A stretch of DNA of 39,668 bases from Octopus sinensis (taxonomy: Eukaryota). Of the stretch, positions 24,175 through 36,500 are shown one piece after another. The notes beneath the pieces were generated by a model, which ran no database searches, was not told the DNA's origin, and saw nothing but the letters and a program-made list of their open reading frames with translations. Where the stretch lies: positions 1-39,668 of the forward strand of contig NW_021835531.1 of NCBI RefSeq assembly GCF_006345805.1, in the 5' to 3' direction. The translations under genes and the position numbers were made by a program. The stretch's first letter is position 1. Every line of letters begins with the position of its first letter.

Positions 24175-24369
24175 AAGTTAATCCAAACATGAAAACACAA
24201 AGAGAAAACACCACAACGCGAGGACGTGGAACAAGTATAGTGTTATTGGACGCTCAGGAAAGGAAAGAAAAAGGGAAGATTTAACGTTTCGAGCGGAGCT
24301 CTTCGTCAGAGACATAGAAAAAGTGAAGATCCAAGGAAGGGAAGACGGAGGAAAAAAATCGCCAACGAT
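24174..24369 (-). mobile_element. ~197-bp hammerhead-bearing element flanked by (TA)n, copy 1 (Penelope-like pLTR or retrozyme-like)
   Basis: About 90% identical to 26692-26888 (~18 differences counted by eye). (TA)n on both sides. Central hammerhead motif. Confidence 0.75.
24278..24316 (-). ncRNA. Minimal type I hammerhead ribozyme motif, catalytic core intact
   Basis: Minus strand: atgtct-CUGACGA-A-GAGC-ucc-GCUC-GAAA-CGUU-aaauc. Palindromic ACGU in place of helix III; predicted cleavage after 24283. Helix I has one mismatch. Confidence 0.75.
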
Positions 24370-25346
24370 ATATATATATATATATGTATTTGGCAACTGT
24401 AGTACACACACATGTATGTATGTACGTGCGCGCGCGCGTGTGTGTGTGTGTGTGCACGTGTATTGGTAAGCAGAAGTACTCATTAAAAGCGTTAAGTACA
24501 ATAGTCTACGTAGGCCGATCCTGTTACATTGGAGTTTCCACGGCCTGTATCCAGATTTTCAATAAAGTTGGCACACACGCATACACACAGACACACAGAC
24601 ACACAGACACACAGACACACACACACACACACACACACACGCGCACACACATATGTACACACACACACGCAGTTCTTATAGATTTGGTAATACTATTTGA
24701 TGAGGGGGCAATTGCTCTGAATAGCTGGAGAAACAAACAGGAGGCGGAGAGCAACAAGCTCCACTTCCTTGAACGCCTTTGACCGCCGCTCTAGTAACTG
24801 CCAGTAACGTCATCATCATTACCATTGGACAGAAAACCCGCCCATGATTCCAAAAGAGAAAGATGAGATCTTTCCACCAACAGCACTACTACTCCATCGC
24901 ATAGTAATATATATGAAATGGAAGGAGAGCAAGGAAAGGAAGAAGAGCAAAAAAAGGAAGAAGAGCTAGAAAAGGAAGAATAAGAAAAGGAAGAGCTGGA
25001 AATAGAACAGAGTAAGAAAACACCAAGAAACACGCAAAGAAAAAGCAACTAAAAAGACTGAAATGAAGTGGGAAGGCCTCCTCAAGACAACGCCATGTAA
25101 GGTTAACGGTCGCAAGGATTGGCGAAGAAAGTGTAATGAACGGAATAATCGATGTGGGACTTCCTGCCGGCTTTAAGGACGAAACGTCAATCGATCTGGG
25201 ACTTCGAAAGACGAAGAAATTACTGGCCTTGTGCTAAAATTTAAAATCATTATTATTATTATTCACTTGATCACGATACAGACCAGGCTGTCAGATGTTG
25301 TTACACATCGCTTGACACAATGCACTTGCATTGTTTTAGCTTTTGA

Positions 25347-26653
25347 ACTAACAGACATACCCGGCGTTGCTCGGGATTTAAATGGCATAGTTTGTATATG
25401 GTGCAGTTAAGTTGAAACATGTGATACGGGGAAGTGCAGCATTGACGACAAAACATTTGTGGAGTAAATGAAGGGCTAAATCGCCTAAGTGACATATCAT
25501 GCGTCTGTTTGGAAGATTCCAGGCCCTAACCTTGTTATGGAAAAGTGGGTGGTGGGTGTGATTTTTGAACGCACCAGAAAGCTTTCAGTGGATATACTCT
25601 CCTTTGCGACTGTCGGCGCTGCCGCTACCACGCTGAACAATCAGCAAATATAGGAACTATATGTGATAAATTAAACCTGTGAGCGCGCTCAACAGCACCA
25701 CTTGAAAGAAATGACGTGGTAATGGGTGGGGTCGATTTGAAAAGAAGCGCTTGAAAATAACAGCCATGTGATATTTTGGTTTGGAATCAATAGTCGTGGC
25801 TCAACCGTACGCTCCTTCGCGTAAACAGCGTGCGACCATTGCGAGGACAACTCAGCTCCCAAAAGAAAACAATTCTGTATGCTGCGCCAGGATGCGCAAT
25901 GTTACATTAAAGACACGGTCTCTAGCAAACGTGATGTTGGGTTGCTGACGTGGTTGGGACTCAATAGTCGTGGCTCAACCGTACGCCCCTTCGCGTAAAC
26001 AGCGTGCGACCATTGTGAGGACAACTCAGGTCCTAAACGAGAACAATTCTGCATGCAGCGTCCGGGCACGCAAGGTCACATTAAGGACACAGTCTCCAAC
26101 TAACGTGGTTGGGTCTTAGACACTATAAATTAGTAGGTTAATGTACATGAAGAATATTTGTATGGGCTTCGTCTATGCTTAGAAGGAAAGCTTTGATACT
26201 GAAGGTAAAAGAAAATTGTTGAATAGTTGCTCAGGGTTTAACATATTTTAGCATAATAAAAATAATAATAAAAATAGTGCGTTCCAAACTGTTTTTATTC
26301 CAACAACTTGCTACCTATGGCACTACGGGAAAAAGCCATTATTACTGCCACCTAGACAACGCAGTTTGAAGTCTACACTGGTTCATCCATTTGATATAAG
26401 CTACTTATAACATTCCAGTAGCAGTTTATTCAAGTTTGAACAGATGCAATGCGTGGACCATGCAGGTAGTCGTCAGTACCCCAGTAAAGGGAGGTTTTTG
26501 TCCGCTAGAAGCCCCATTACTCATTATGTGAAAAATTTTAAGAGTCTAAAACCATCCCTAGAACATAAGTAATGTATGTTCTAAGTTTGGAGAAATTCAG
26601 GAGCGAACTTCAAAAGTTCTGCGGCTTTACACACACACACACACGCGCACACT

Positions 26654-26665
<12 letters not shown>
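25347..26665 (+). mobile_element. Helitron/Helentron-like non-autonomous element with an internal tandem duplication
   Basis: 5' actaacagacatacccggcgttgctcggg hairpin. 3' aaagttctgcggctttac(ac)n...tttatatata microsatellite end, as in Lep1/DINE-type elements (family call from recalled architecture). Confidence 0.55.
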
Positions 26666-26691
<26 letters not shown>

Positions 26692-26696
<5 letters not shown>

Positions 26697-26888
26697 TAAT
26701 CCAAACATGAAAACATAAAGAGAAAACACAACAATACGAGGACGTGGAACAAGCATTGTGTTGTTGAACGCTCAGGAAAGGAAAGAAAGAAGGAAGATTT
26801 AACGTTTCGAGCGGAGCTCTTTGTCAGAAACATAGGAAAAGGAAAGATCCAAGGAAGAGAAGACTGAGGGAAAAAATCGCCAACGATA
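26692..26888 (-). mobile_element. ~197-bp hammerhead-bearing element, copy 2
   Basis: Colinear with 24174-24369. (TA)n on the left; short unique/CA spacer then (TA)n on the right. Confidence 0.75.
26796..26834 (-). ncRNA. Minimal type I hammerhead motif with G8A core mutation (probably inactive)
   Basis: Minus strand: atgttt-CUGACAA-A-GAGC-ucc-GCUC-GAAA-CGUU-aaauc. Helix I (GUUU/AAAU) is intact. Confidence 0.65.
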
Positions 26889-26911
26889 CACACACGGTCA
26901 CATTTTGAGTG

Positions 26912-26948
<37 letters not shown>

Positions 26949-26964
26949 TATATATATAGATGAC

Positions 26965-27115
26965 GACCACCCTGGAGCAGGCCAATATTTCTACCGGATC
27001 AAAGACGGGGACTCGAGCAACGTGAAATGAAGCGATTTGTTCAAGAACACAACACGCCGCCCGGTCTGGGAATAGAGCCCACGATCTAGCGACCGTGAAT
27101 GCAACAGCCTAACCA
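26965..27115 (-). mobile_element. Degenerate tRNA-derived SINE (family D-like head plus CORE-like segment)
   Basis: gagcaacgtgaaatgaagcgatttgttcaagaacacaac and ccggtctgggaatagagcccacgatct...cctaaccact are reverse-complement homologs of 14382-14470. Confidence 0.65.
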
Positions 27116-27424
27116 CTATTATTATTATTATTATTATTATCATTATTATCACGCCGGGAAAAATGCTTAGCAAATGTGTAGGTGGAGCTGTTTGTTGCAG
27201 GTTGAGCAACTGTTAGGTTCTATACAATTGCTCGACCTGCTAGAAATAACAGCACAGGACTTATCTCATTTTATTTTAATAACCATTACTAGTTTTATCA
27301 TGTATAATATAATTATTACTCTAGATAAATTGAGTACGTTAACTATGTTCCCTCACCGACCCTCACAGCGCCCTTTAAAGCCTAACAAGCCCAGCGCCCC
27401 CTTGTGGGTGGCATCGCCCATGTT

Positions 27425-27493
27425 GAGAGCCTCTGATGAAGATCAATAAGAAGAAAGATGAAGAAGAATAAGGATCGCAACAATAACGCTTTC
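27425..27493 (+). ncRNA. Degenerate type I hammerhead motif (A13C; expanded loop II)
   Basis: gagagcct-CUGAUGA-A-GAUC-[28-nt purine loop]-GAUC-GCAAC-aaUA-acgctttc. Helix I pairs 7 of 8 (one G.U) and helix II pairs 4 of 4. Confidence 0.6.
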
Positions 27494-27506
27494 TATATAA
27501 ATACTT

Positions 27507-30500
27507 GTATTTGTCTGGTACTTTACTTTATCGACCCTGGAAGGATGAAAAGGTGACTTCGGTTGTGGTGGGTATTTGACTGGTACTTTACTTATATCGA
27601 CCCTGGAAAGATGAAAAGGTGACTTCGGTTGTGGTGGGTATTTGACTGGTACTTTACTTTATCGACCCTGGAAAGATGAAAAGGTGACTTCGGTTGTGGG
27701 GGTATTTGACTGGTACTAACTTTATATCGACCCTGGAAAGATGAAAAGGTGACTTCGGTTGTGGTGGCTATTTGACTGGTACTTTACTTTATATCGACCT
27801 GAAAGATGAAAAGGTGACTTCGGTGTGGTGGGTATTTGACTGGTACGTTACTTTATCGACCCTGGAAAGATGAAAAAGTGACTTCGGTTGTGGTGGGTAT
27901 TTGACTGGTACTTTACTTTATCGACCCTGGAAAGATGAAAAGGTGACTTCGGTTGTGGTGGGTATTTGACTGGTACTTTACTTTATCGACCCTGGAAAGA
28001 TGAAAAGGTGACTTCGGTTGTGGTGGGTATTTGACTGGTACTTTACTTTATCGACCATGAAAGATGAAAAGGTGACTTCGGTTGTGGTGGGTATTTGACT
28101 GGTACTTTACTTTATCGACCATGAAAGATGAAAGGTGACTTCGGTTTGTGGTGGGTATTTGACTGGTACTTTACTTTATCGACCATGAAAGATGAAAAGG
28201 GGACTTCGGTTGTGGTGGGTATTTGACTGGTACTTACTTTATCGACCCTTGAAAGATGAAAAAGTGACTTCGGTTTGGGTGGGTATTTGACTGGTACTTT
28301 ACTTTATCGACCCTGGAAAAATGAAAAGGTGACTTCGGTTTGTGGTGGGTGGTATTTGACTGGTACTTTACTTTATCGACCATGAAAGATGAAAAGGTGA
28401 CTTCGGTTGTGGTGGGTATTTGACTGGTACTTTACTTTATCGACCATGAAAGATGAAAAGGTGACTTCGGTTGTGGTGGGTATTTGACTGGTACTTTACT
28501 TTATCGACCCTTGAAAGATGAAAAAGTGACTTCGGTTGTGGTGGGTATTTGACTGGTACTTTACTTTATCGACCATGAAAGATGAAAAGGTGACTTCGGT
28601 TGTGGTGGGTATTTGACTGGTACTTTAATTTATCGACCCTGGAAATATGAAAAGGTGACTTCGGTTGTGGTGGGTATTTGACTGGTACTTTACTTTATCG
28701 ACCCTTGGAGATGAAAAAAGTGATTCTTGGTGTTGTGGTGGTATTTGACTGGTACTTTACTTTATCAACCTGGAAAGATGAAAAGGTGACTCGTGTTCTG
28801 TGGTTGTGGTGGGTATTTAACTGGTACTTACATCATCGACCCTGGAAATATGAAAAGGTGACTTCGGTTGTGGTGGGTATTTGACTGGTACTTTACATTA
28901 TCGACCCTGGAAAGATGAAAAGGTGACTTCGGTTGTGGTGGGTATTTGACTGGTACATTATTTTATCAACCCTGGAAAGATGAAAAGGTGACTTCGGTTG
29001 TGGTGGGTATTTAACTGGTACTTTACATCATCGACCCTGGAAATATGAAAAGGTGACTTCGGTTGTGGTGGGTAATTAACTGGTACTTTACATCATCGAC
29101 CCTGGAAATATGAAAAGGTGACTTCGGTTGTGGTGGGTATTTGACTGGTACTTTACTTTATCGACCCTGGAAAGATGAAAAGGTGACTTCGGTTGTGGTG
29201 GCTATTTGACTGGTACTTTACTTTATCGAACCTGGAAAGATGAAAAGGTGACTTCGGTTGTGGTGGGTATTTGACTGTTACTTTACTTTATCGAACCTGG
29301 AAAGATGAAAAGGTGACTTCGGTTGTGGTGGGTATTTGAGTGGTACTTTACTTTATCGACCCTGGAAGGATGAAAAGGTGACTTCGGTTGTGGTGGGTAT
29401 TTGAGTGGTACTTTACTTTATCGACCCTGAAAGATGAAAAGGTGACTTCGGTTGTGGTGGGTATTTGACTGGTACTTTACTTTATCGACCCTGGAAAGAT
29501 GAAAAGGTGACTTCGGTTGTGGTGGGTATTTGACAGGTACTTTACTTTATCGACCCTGGAAAGATGTAAAGGTGATTTCGGTTGTGGTGGGTATTTGACT
29601 GGTACTTTACTTTATCGACCCAGGAAAGATGAAAAGGTGACTTCGGTTGTGGTGGGTATTTGACTGGTACGTTACTTTATCGACCCTTGAAAGATGAAAA
29701 GGTGACTTCGGTTGTGGTGGCTATTTGACTGGTACTTTACTTTATCGACCCTGGAAATATGAAAAGGTGACTTCGGTTGTGGTGGGTATTTGACTGGTAC
29801 TTTACTTTATCGACCCTGGAAAGATGAAAAAGGTGAATGAATTCGGTTGTGGTGGCTATTTGACTGGTACTTACTTTATCGACCCTGAAGGATGAAAAGG
29901 TGACTTCGGTTGTGGTGGGTATTTGACTGGTACTTTACTTATCAACCCTGAAAGATGAAAAGGTGACTTCGGTTGTGGTGGGTATTTGACTGGTACTTTA
30001 CTTATCGAACTGGACCGGAAGATGAAAGGTGACTCGGTTGTGGTGGCTATTGGACTGGTACTTTAATTATAGACCCTGGAAATATGAAAAGGTGACTTCG
30101 GTTGTGGTGGGTATTTGACTGGTACTTTACTTTATCGACCCTGGAAGGATGAAAAGGTGACTTCGGTGTGTGGGGGTATTTGACTGGTACTTTACTTTAT
30201 CGACTTTGGAAGGATGAAAAGGTGACTTCGGTTGTGGTGGCTATTTGAATGGTACTTTATTTATCGACCCTGGAGGATGAAAAGGTGAAAGGGGTGACTT
30301 CGGTTTGTGGTGGCTATTTGACTGGTACTTTACTTTATCGACCCTGGAAGATGGAAAAGGTGACTTCGGTTGTGGTGGGTATTGACTGGTACTTTACTTT
30401 ATCGACCCTGGAAAGATGAAAAGGTGACTTCGGTTGTGTGGGTATTTGACTGGTACTTTACATTATCGACCCTGGAAAGATGAAAAGGTGACTTCGGTGT

Positions 30501-33500
30501 GGTGGGTATTGGACTGGTACTTTACTTTATCGACCCTGAAAGATGAAAGGTGACTTCGGTTCGGCTGGTGGGTGGGTATTGACTGGTACTTTACATTATC
30601 GACCTGGAAAGATGAAAAGGTGACTTCGGTTGTGTGGGGGTATTTGACTGTTACTTTACATTATCACCCTGGAAAGATGATGAAAAGGTGACTTCGGTTG
30701 TGGTGGGTATTTGACTGGTACATTATTTTATCAACCCTGGAAAGATGAAAAGGTGACTTCGGTTGTGGTGGGTATTTAACTGGTACTTTACATCATCGAC
30801 CCTGGAAATATGAAAAGGTGACTTCGGTTGTGGTGGGTAATTAACTGGTACTTTACATCATCGACCCTGGAAATATGAAAAGGTGACTTCGGTTGTGGTG
30901 GGTATTTGACTGGTACTTTACTTTATCGACACTGAAAGATGAAAAAGTGACTTCGGTTGTGGTGGGTATTTGACTGGTACATTATTTTATCAACCCTGGA
31001 AAGATGAAAAGGTGACTTCGGTTGTGGTGGGTATTTGACTGGTATTTTACTTTATCGACCCTGGAAAGATGAAAAGGTGACTTCGGTTGTGGTGGGTATT
31101 TGACTGGTACTTTACTTTATTGACCCTGGAAATATGAAAAGGTGACTTCGGTTGTGGTGGGTATTTGACTGGTACTTTACATTATCGACCCTGGAAAGAT
31201 GAAAAGGTGACTTCGGTTGTGGTGGGTATTTGACTGGTACTTTACATTATCGACCCTGGAAAGATAAAAAGGTGACTTCGGTTGTGGTGGGTATTTGACT
31301 GGTACTTTACTTTATTGACCCTGGAAAGATGAAAAGGTGACTTCGGTTGTGGTCGGTATTTGACTGGTACTTTACATTATCGACCCTGGAAAGATGAAAG
31401 GTTGACTTCGTGCTTCGTGTGGTGGGTATTTGACTGGTATTTACATTATCGACCCTGGAAGATGAAAAGGTGACTTCGGTGTGGTGTGGTATTTGACTGG
31501 TACTTTACATTTAGACCCTGGCCCTGGAAAGATGAAAAGGTGGACTTCGGTTGTGGTGGGTATTTGACTGGTACTTTACTTATCGACCCTGGAAATATGA
31601 AAAGGTGACTTCGGTTGTGGTGGGTATTTGACTGGTACTTTACTTTATCGACCCTGGAAAGATGAAAAGGTGACTTCGGTTGTGGTGGGTATTTGACTGG
31701 TACTTTATTTATCGACCCTGGAAAGATGAAAAGGTGACTTCGGTTGTGGTGGGTATTTGACTGGTACTTTACTTTATCGACCCTGGAAAGATGAAAGGTG
31801 ACTTCGGTTGTGGTGGGTATTTGACTGGTACTTTACTTTATCGACCTGGAAAGATTTGAAAAGTGACTTCGGTTGTGGTTGGTATTTGACTGGTACTTAC
31901 TTATACCCTGGAAAGATGAAAGGTGACTTCGGTTGTATGGTGGTGGGTATTTGACTGGTACTTTACTTTATCGACTGGAAAGATGAAAAGTAACTTCGGT
32001 TGTGGTGGGTATTTGACAGGTTTACTTTATCGACCCTGGAAGGATGAAAATGACTTCACTTTTGTGGTGGGTATTTGACTGGTACTTTATTTATCGACCC
32101 TGGAAGAGATGAAAAGGTGACTTCGGTTGTGGTGGGTATTTGACTGGTACTTTACTTTATCGACCCTGGAAAGATGAAAAGGTAACTTCGGGTCTGTGGT
32201 GGGGTATTTCACTGGTACTTTACTTAACGATCTGGAAGGATGGATGAAAAGGTGATTCGTTTGTGGTGGGTATTTGACTGGTACTTTATTTTATCGACCC
32301 TGGAAGATGAAAAGGTGACTTCGGTTGTGGTGGGTATTTGACTGGTACTTACTTTATATCGACCCTGGAAAGATGAAAAGGTGACTTCGGTTGTGGTGGG
32401 TATTTGACTGGTACTTTACTTTATCGACCCTGGAAAGATGAAAAGGTGACTTCGGTTGTGGTGGGTATTTGACTGGTACTTTATTTTATCGACCCAGGAA
32501 AGATGAAAAGGTGACTTCGGTTGTGGTGGGTATTTGACTGGTACTTTACTTTATCGACCCTGGAAAGATGAAAAGGTGACTTCGGTTGTGGTGGGTATTT
32601 GACTGGTACTTTACTTTATCGACCCTGGAAAGATGAAAAGCTGACTTCGGTTGTGGTGGGTATTTGACTGGTACTTTACTTTATCGACCCTGGAAGGATG
32701 AAAAGGTGACTTCGGTTGTGGTGGGTATTTGACTGGTACTTTACTTTATCGACCCAGGAAAGATGAAAAGGTGACTTCGGTTGTGGTGGGTATTTGACTG
32801 GTACTTTACTTTATCGACCCTGGAAAGATGAAAAGGTGACTTCGGTTGTGGTGGGTATTTGACTGGTACTTTACTTTATCGACCCTGGAAGGATGAAAAG
32901 GTGACTTCGGTTGTGGTGGGTATTTGACTGGTACTTTACTTTATAGACCCTGAAAGATGAAAAGGTGACTTCGGTTGTGGTGGGTATTTGATTGGTACTT
33001 TACTTTATCAACCCTGGAAGGATGAAAAGGTGACTGCGGTTGTGGTGGGTATTTGACTGGTACTTTATTTTATCAACCCTGGAAGGATGAAAAGGTGACT
33101 TCGGTTGTGGTGGGTATTTGACTGGTACTTTACTTTATAGACCCTGAAAGATGAAAAGGTGACTTCGGTTGTGGTGGGTATTTGACTGGTATTTTATTTT
33201 ATCGACCCTGGAAAGATGAAAAGGTGACTTTGGTTGTGGTGGGTATTTGACTGGTACTTTATTTTATCGACCCTGGAAAGATGAAAAGGTGACTTCGGTT
33301 GTGGTGGGTATTTGACTGGTACTTTACTTTATCGACCCTGGAAAGATGAAAAGGTGACTTCGGTTGTGGTGGGTATTTGACTGGTACTTTACTTCATCGA
33401 CCCTGGAAAGATGAAAAGGTGACTTCGGTTGTGGTGGGTATTTGACTGGTACTTTACTTTATCGACCCTGGAAGATGAAAAGGTGACTTCGGTTGTGGTG

Positions 33501-36500
33501 GGTATTTGACTGGTACTTTAATTTATAGACCCTGAAAGACGAAAAGGTGACTTCGGTTGTGGTGGGTATATGACTGGTACTTTACTTTATCGAACCTGGA
33601 AAGATGAAAAGGTGACTTTGGTTGTGGTGGGTATTTCACTGGTACTTTATTTTATCGACCCTGGAAAGATGAAAAGGTGACTTCGGTTGTGGTGGGTATT
33701 TGACTGGTACTTTACTTTATCGATTTTGGAAAGATGAAAAGGTGACTTCGGTTGTGGTGGGTATTTGACTGGTACTTTACATCATCGACCCTGGAAAGAC
33801 GAAAAGGTGACTTCGGTTGTGGTGGGTATTTGACTGGTACTTTACTTTATCGACCCTGGAAGGATGAAAAGGTGACTTCGGTTGTGGTGGGTATTTGACT
33901 GGTACTTTACCTTATCGACCCTGGAAAGATGAAAGGGTGACTTCAGTTGTGGTGGGTATTTGACTGGTACTTTACTTTATCGACCCTGGAAAGATGAAAA
34001 GGTGACTTCGGTTGTGGTGGGTATTTGACTGGTACTTTAATTTATCGACCCTGGAAAGATGAAAAGGTGACTTCGGTTGTGGTGGGTATTTGACTGGTAC
34101 TTTACTTTATCGACCCTGGAAAGATGAAAAGGTGACTTCGGTTGTGGTGGGTATTTGACTGGTACTTTATTTTATCGACCCTGGAAAGATGAAAAGGTGA
34201 CTTCGGTTGTGGTGGGTATTTGACTGGTACTTTACTTTATCGACCCTGGAAAGATGAAAAGGTGACTTCGGTTGTGGTGGGTATTTGACTGGTACTTTAT
34301 TTTATCGACCCTGGAAAGATGAAAAGGTGACTTCGGTTGTGGTGGGTATTTGACTGGTACTTTATTTTATCGACCCTGGAAAGATGAAAAGGTGACTTCG
34401 GTTGTGGTGGGTATTTGACTGGTACTTTATTTTATCGACCCTGGAAAGATGAAAAGGTGACTTCGGTGTGGTGGGTATTTGACTGGTACTTTACTTTATC
34501 GACCCTGGAAAGATGAAAAAGTGACTTCGGTTGTGGTGGGTATTTGACTGGTACTTTATTTATCGACCCTGGAAAGATGAAAAGGTGACTTCGGTTGTGG
34601 TGGGTATTTGACTGGTACTTTACTTTATCGACCCTGGAAGATGAAAAGGTGACTTCGGTTTTGTGGTGGGTATTTGACTGGTACTTACTTTTATCGACCC
34701 TGGAAATGAAAGGTGACTTCGGTTGTGGTGGGTATTTGACCTGGTACTTTACTTTATCGACCCTGGAAAGATGAAAAGGTGACTTCGGTTGTGGTGGGTA
34801 TTTGACTGGTACTTTATTTATCGACCCTGAGAAATGATAAAAATGTAACTTCGGTTGTGTGTGGGTATTTGACTGGTACTTTACTTTGATCGACCCTGGA
34901 AGATGTGAAGTTCGGTTCTTTTGTTTTGGGGTATTTTTGTGTTTTTACTTTTTTGGAAAAAGAAAAGAGAAGCTTTACTATTGGAATCGAGGTGCCACTT
35001 AACTGTGTATGTGGACTGATGGGTGACTTGCGGGTGTGTGGTGGGTATGTTGGTACTTTGAGGAGAAGTGCTGGTACTTGGTACTTTTTAAAACTTTACT
35101 TACGTCACTCCTGGAAGAGATTAGAAGGGTGGTAAACTAGTCTTTTTCGACCCTGGTGAGTGGGTGTAGGTGTATTTACACTGGGGTTCTGGTGGTGTAA
35201 GTTTGACATCGTACTTCACTGTGCTATAGAAATGGTACTTTACTACTCGACTTGTTGTGACAGGTGTGACTTGGTGGTGTGGGGGTATTTGACTGGTACT
35301 TTACTTTATACCCCACCGGTGGACTGATGATGAAAAGGTGATTGGCTGTGGGGTAACACTGGTGACTTTACTTTATGTTCCTGATGGGGTGACTTCGTGA
35401 CTGTGTGGTATGTTGACTATTTTTCTAAACTTTATCAGACCCTGGAAAGATGAAAGTGTTGACTCCGGTTGTGGTGGGTATTTGACTGGTACTTTATTTT
35501 ATCGACCCTGGAGGTGAAAAGGTGACTTTGGTTGGTGGTTGACTGGTACTTGACTTTACCGCGATCCGACAAGAAAAGAAAAGGTACTTCGTGTGGTGGT
35601 GGGGGTTTGTGGACTACTTCTGTCCCTGGAAAGAAAAGGTGACTTCGGTGTGGTGGGTATTTGAACTTCTTTATTTCTTTAGCGCCTGGTGGAGAAAAGG
35701 TGACTTCGGTTGTGTTGGTGTATAGAGAGGTACTTTAAGTACACGGTGGAAATATGAAGGGTACTTTGGTGTGGGGTCCATTTGACTGGTACTTAATTGA
35801 CTCAACCCTGGAAAGAGAAAAGTGACTTTGTACTGGTTGTGCTTGGGGTATGCGGGTGACTATCAATTTCGAGGTAGAGAAAGGTGTGACTTCGTGTGGT
35901 GGGGAAAGACAACAGGTACTTTCTTCATCGTTCCTGGGAAGACGAAAAGGTGACTTCGGTTGTGGTGGGTATTTTACTGGTACTTTACTCCCTGAAGCCT
36001 GAAAAGGATGAAAAGTGGGCTTGGTGGGTATGGACGTGGTACGTCTTTATCGTACCTCTTGTGTAACTGATTCTACGTACTCTAGGATGTCGTTTGAAGG
36101 TATGTTGTCGTGTGGTGACTTACTTATATATCGACCCTGGAACATGAAAAGTGACTCGGTGTGGTGGTATTTGACTGGTACTTTACTTTATCGACCCTGA
36201 AAGAGGAAAAGGTGACTTCGTTTGGTGGTGTTAGATGCGACTGGTATTACTTTATCGACCCTGGAACGGAAACGGTGACTGCTCGGTTGTGGGGTGTACA
36301 TGGTGACTGGTATTTACGACACCGCGAGACTGGAAGAAAAAAGAATGAAAGGTGTGCTTCGGGTGGGTGGTATTTGACTGGTACTTTTACTCAATCGCCC
36401 CCAAAAGATAAAAGGTGACTAACTCCGACATTTGTATTTGCTATATGACCGGTATCTATTGACTTTAGGGACCCTGAAAAGAACGGGTCTTAAACAGTGG

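Noticed and set aside
24925-25050. Glu/Lys-rich reading frame (EMEGEQGKEEEQKKEEELEKEE*)
   Set aside because: Degenerate purine-rich simple repeat with in-frame stops.
25147-25205. ggacGAAACGUC resembling a hammerhead 3' half, between two 17-bp direct repeats
   Set aside because: No CUGANGA upstream; explained as a short 42-bp tandem duplication.
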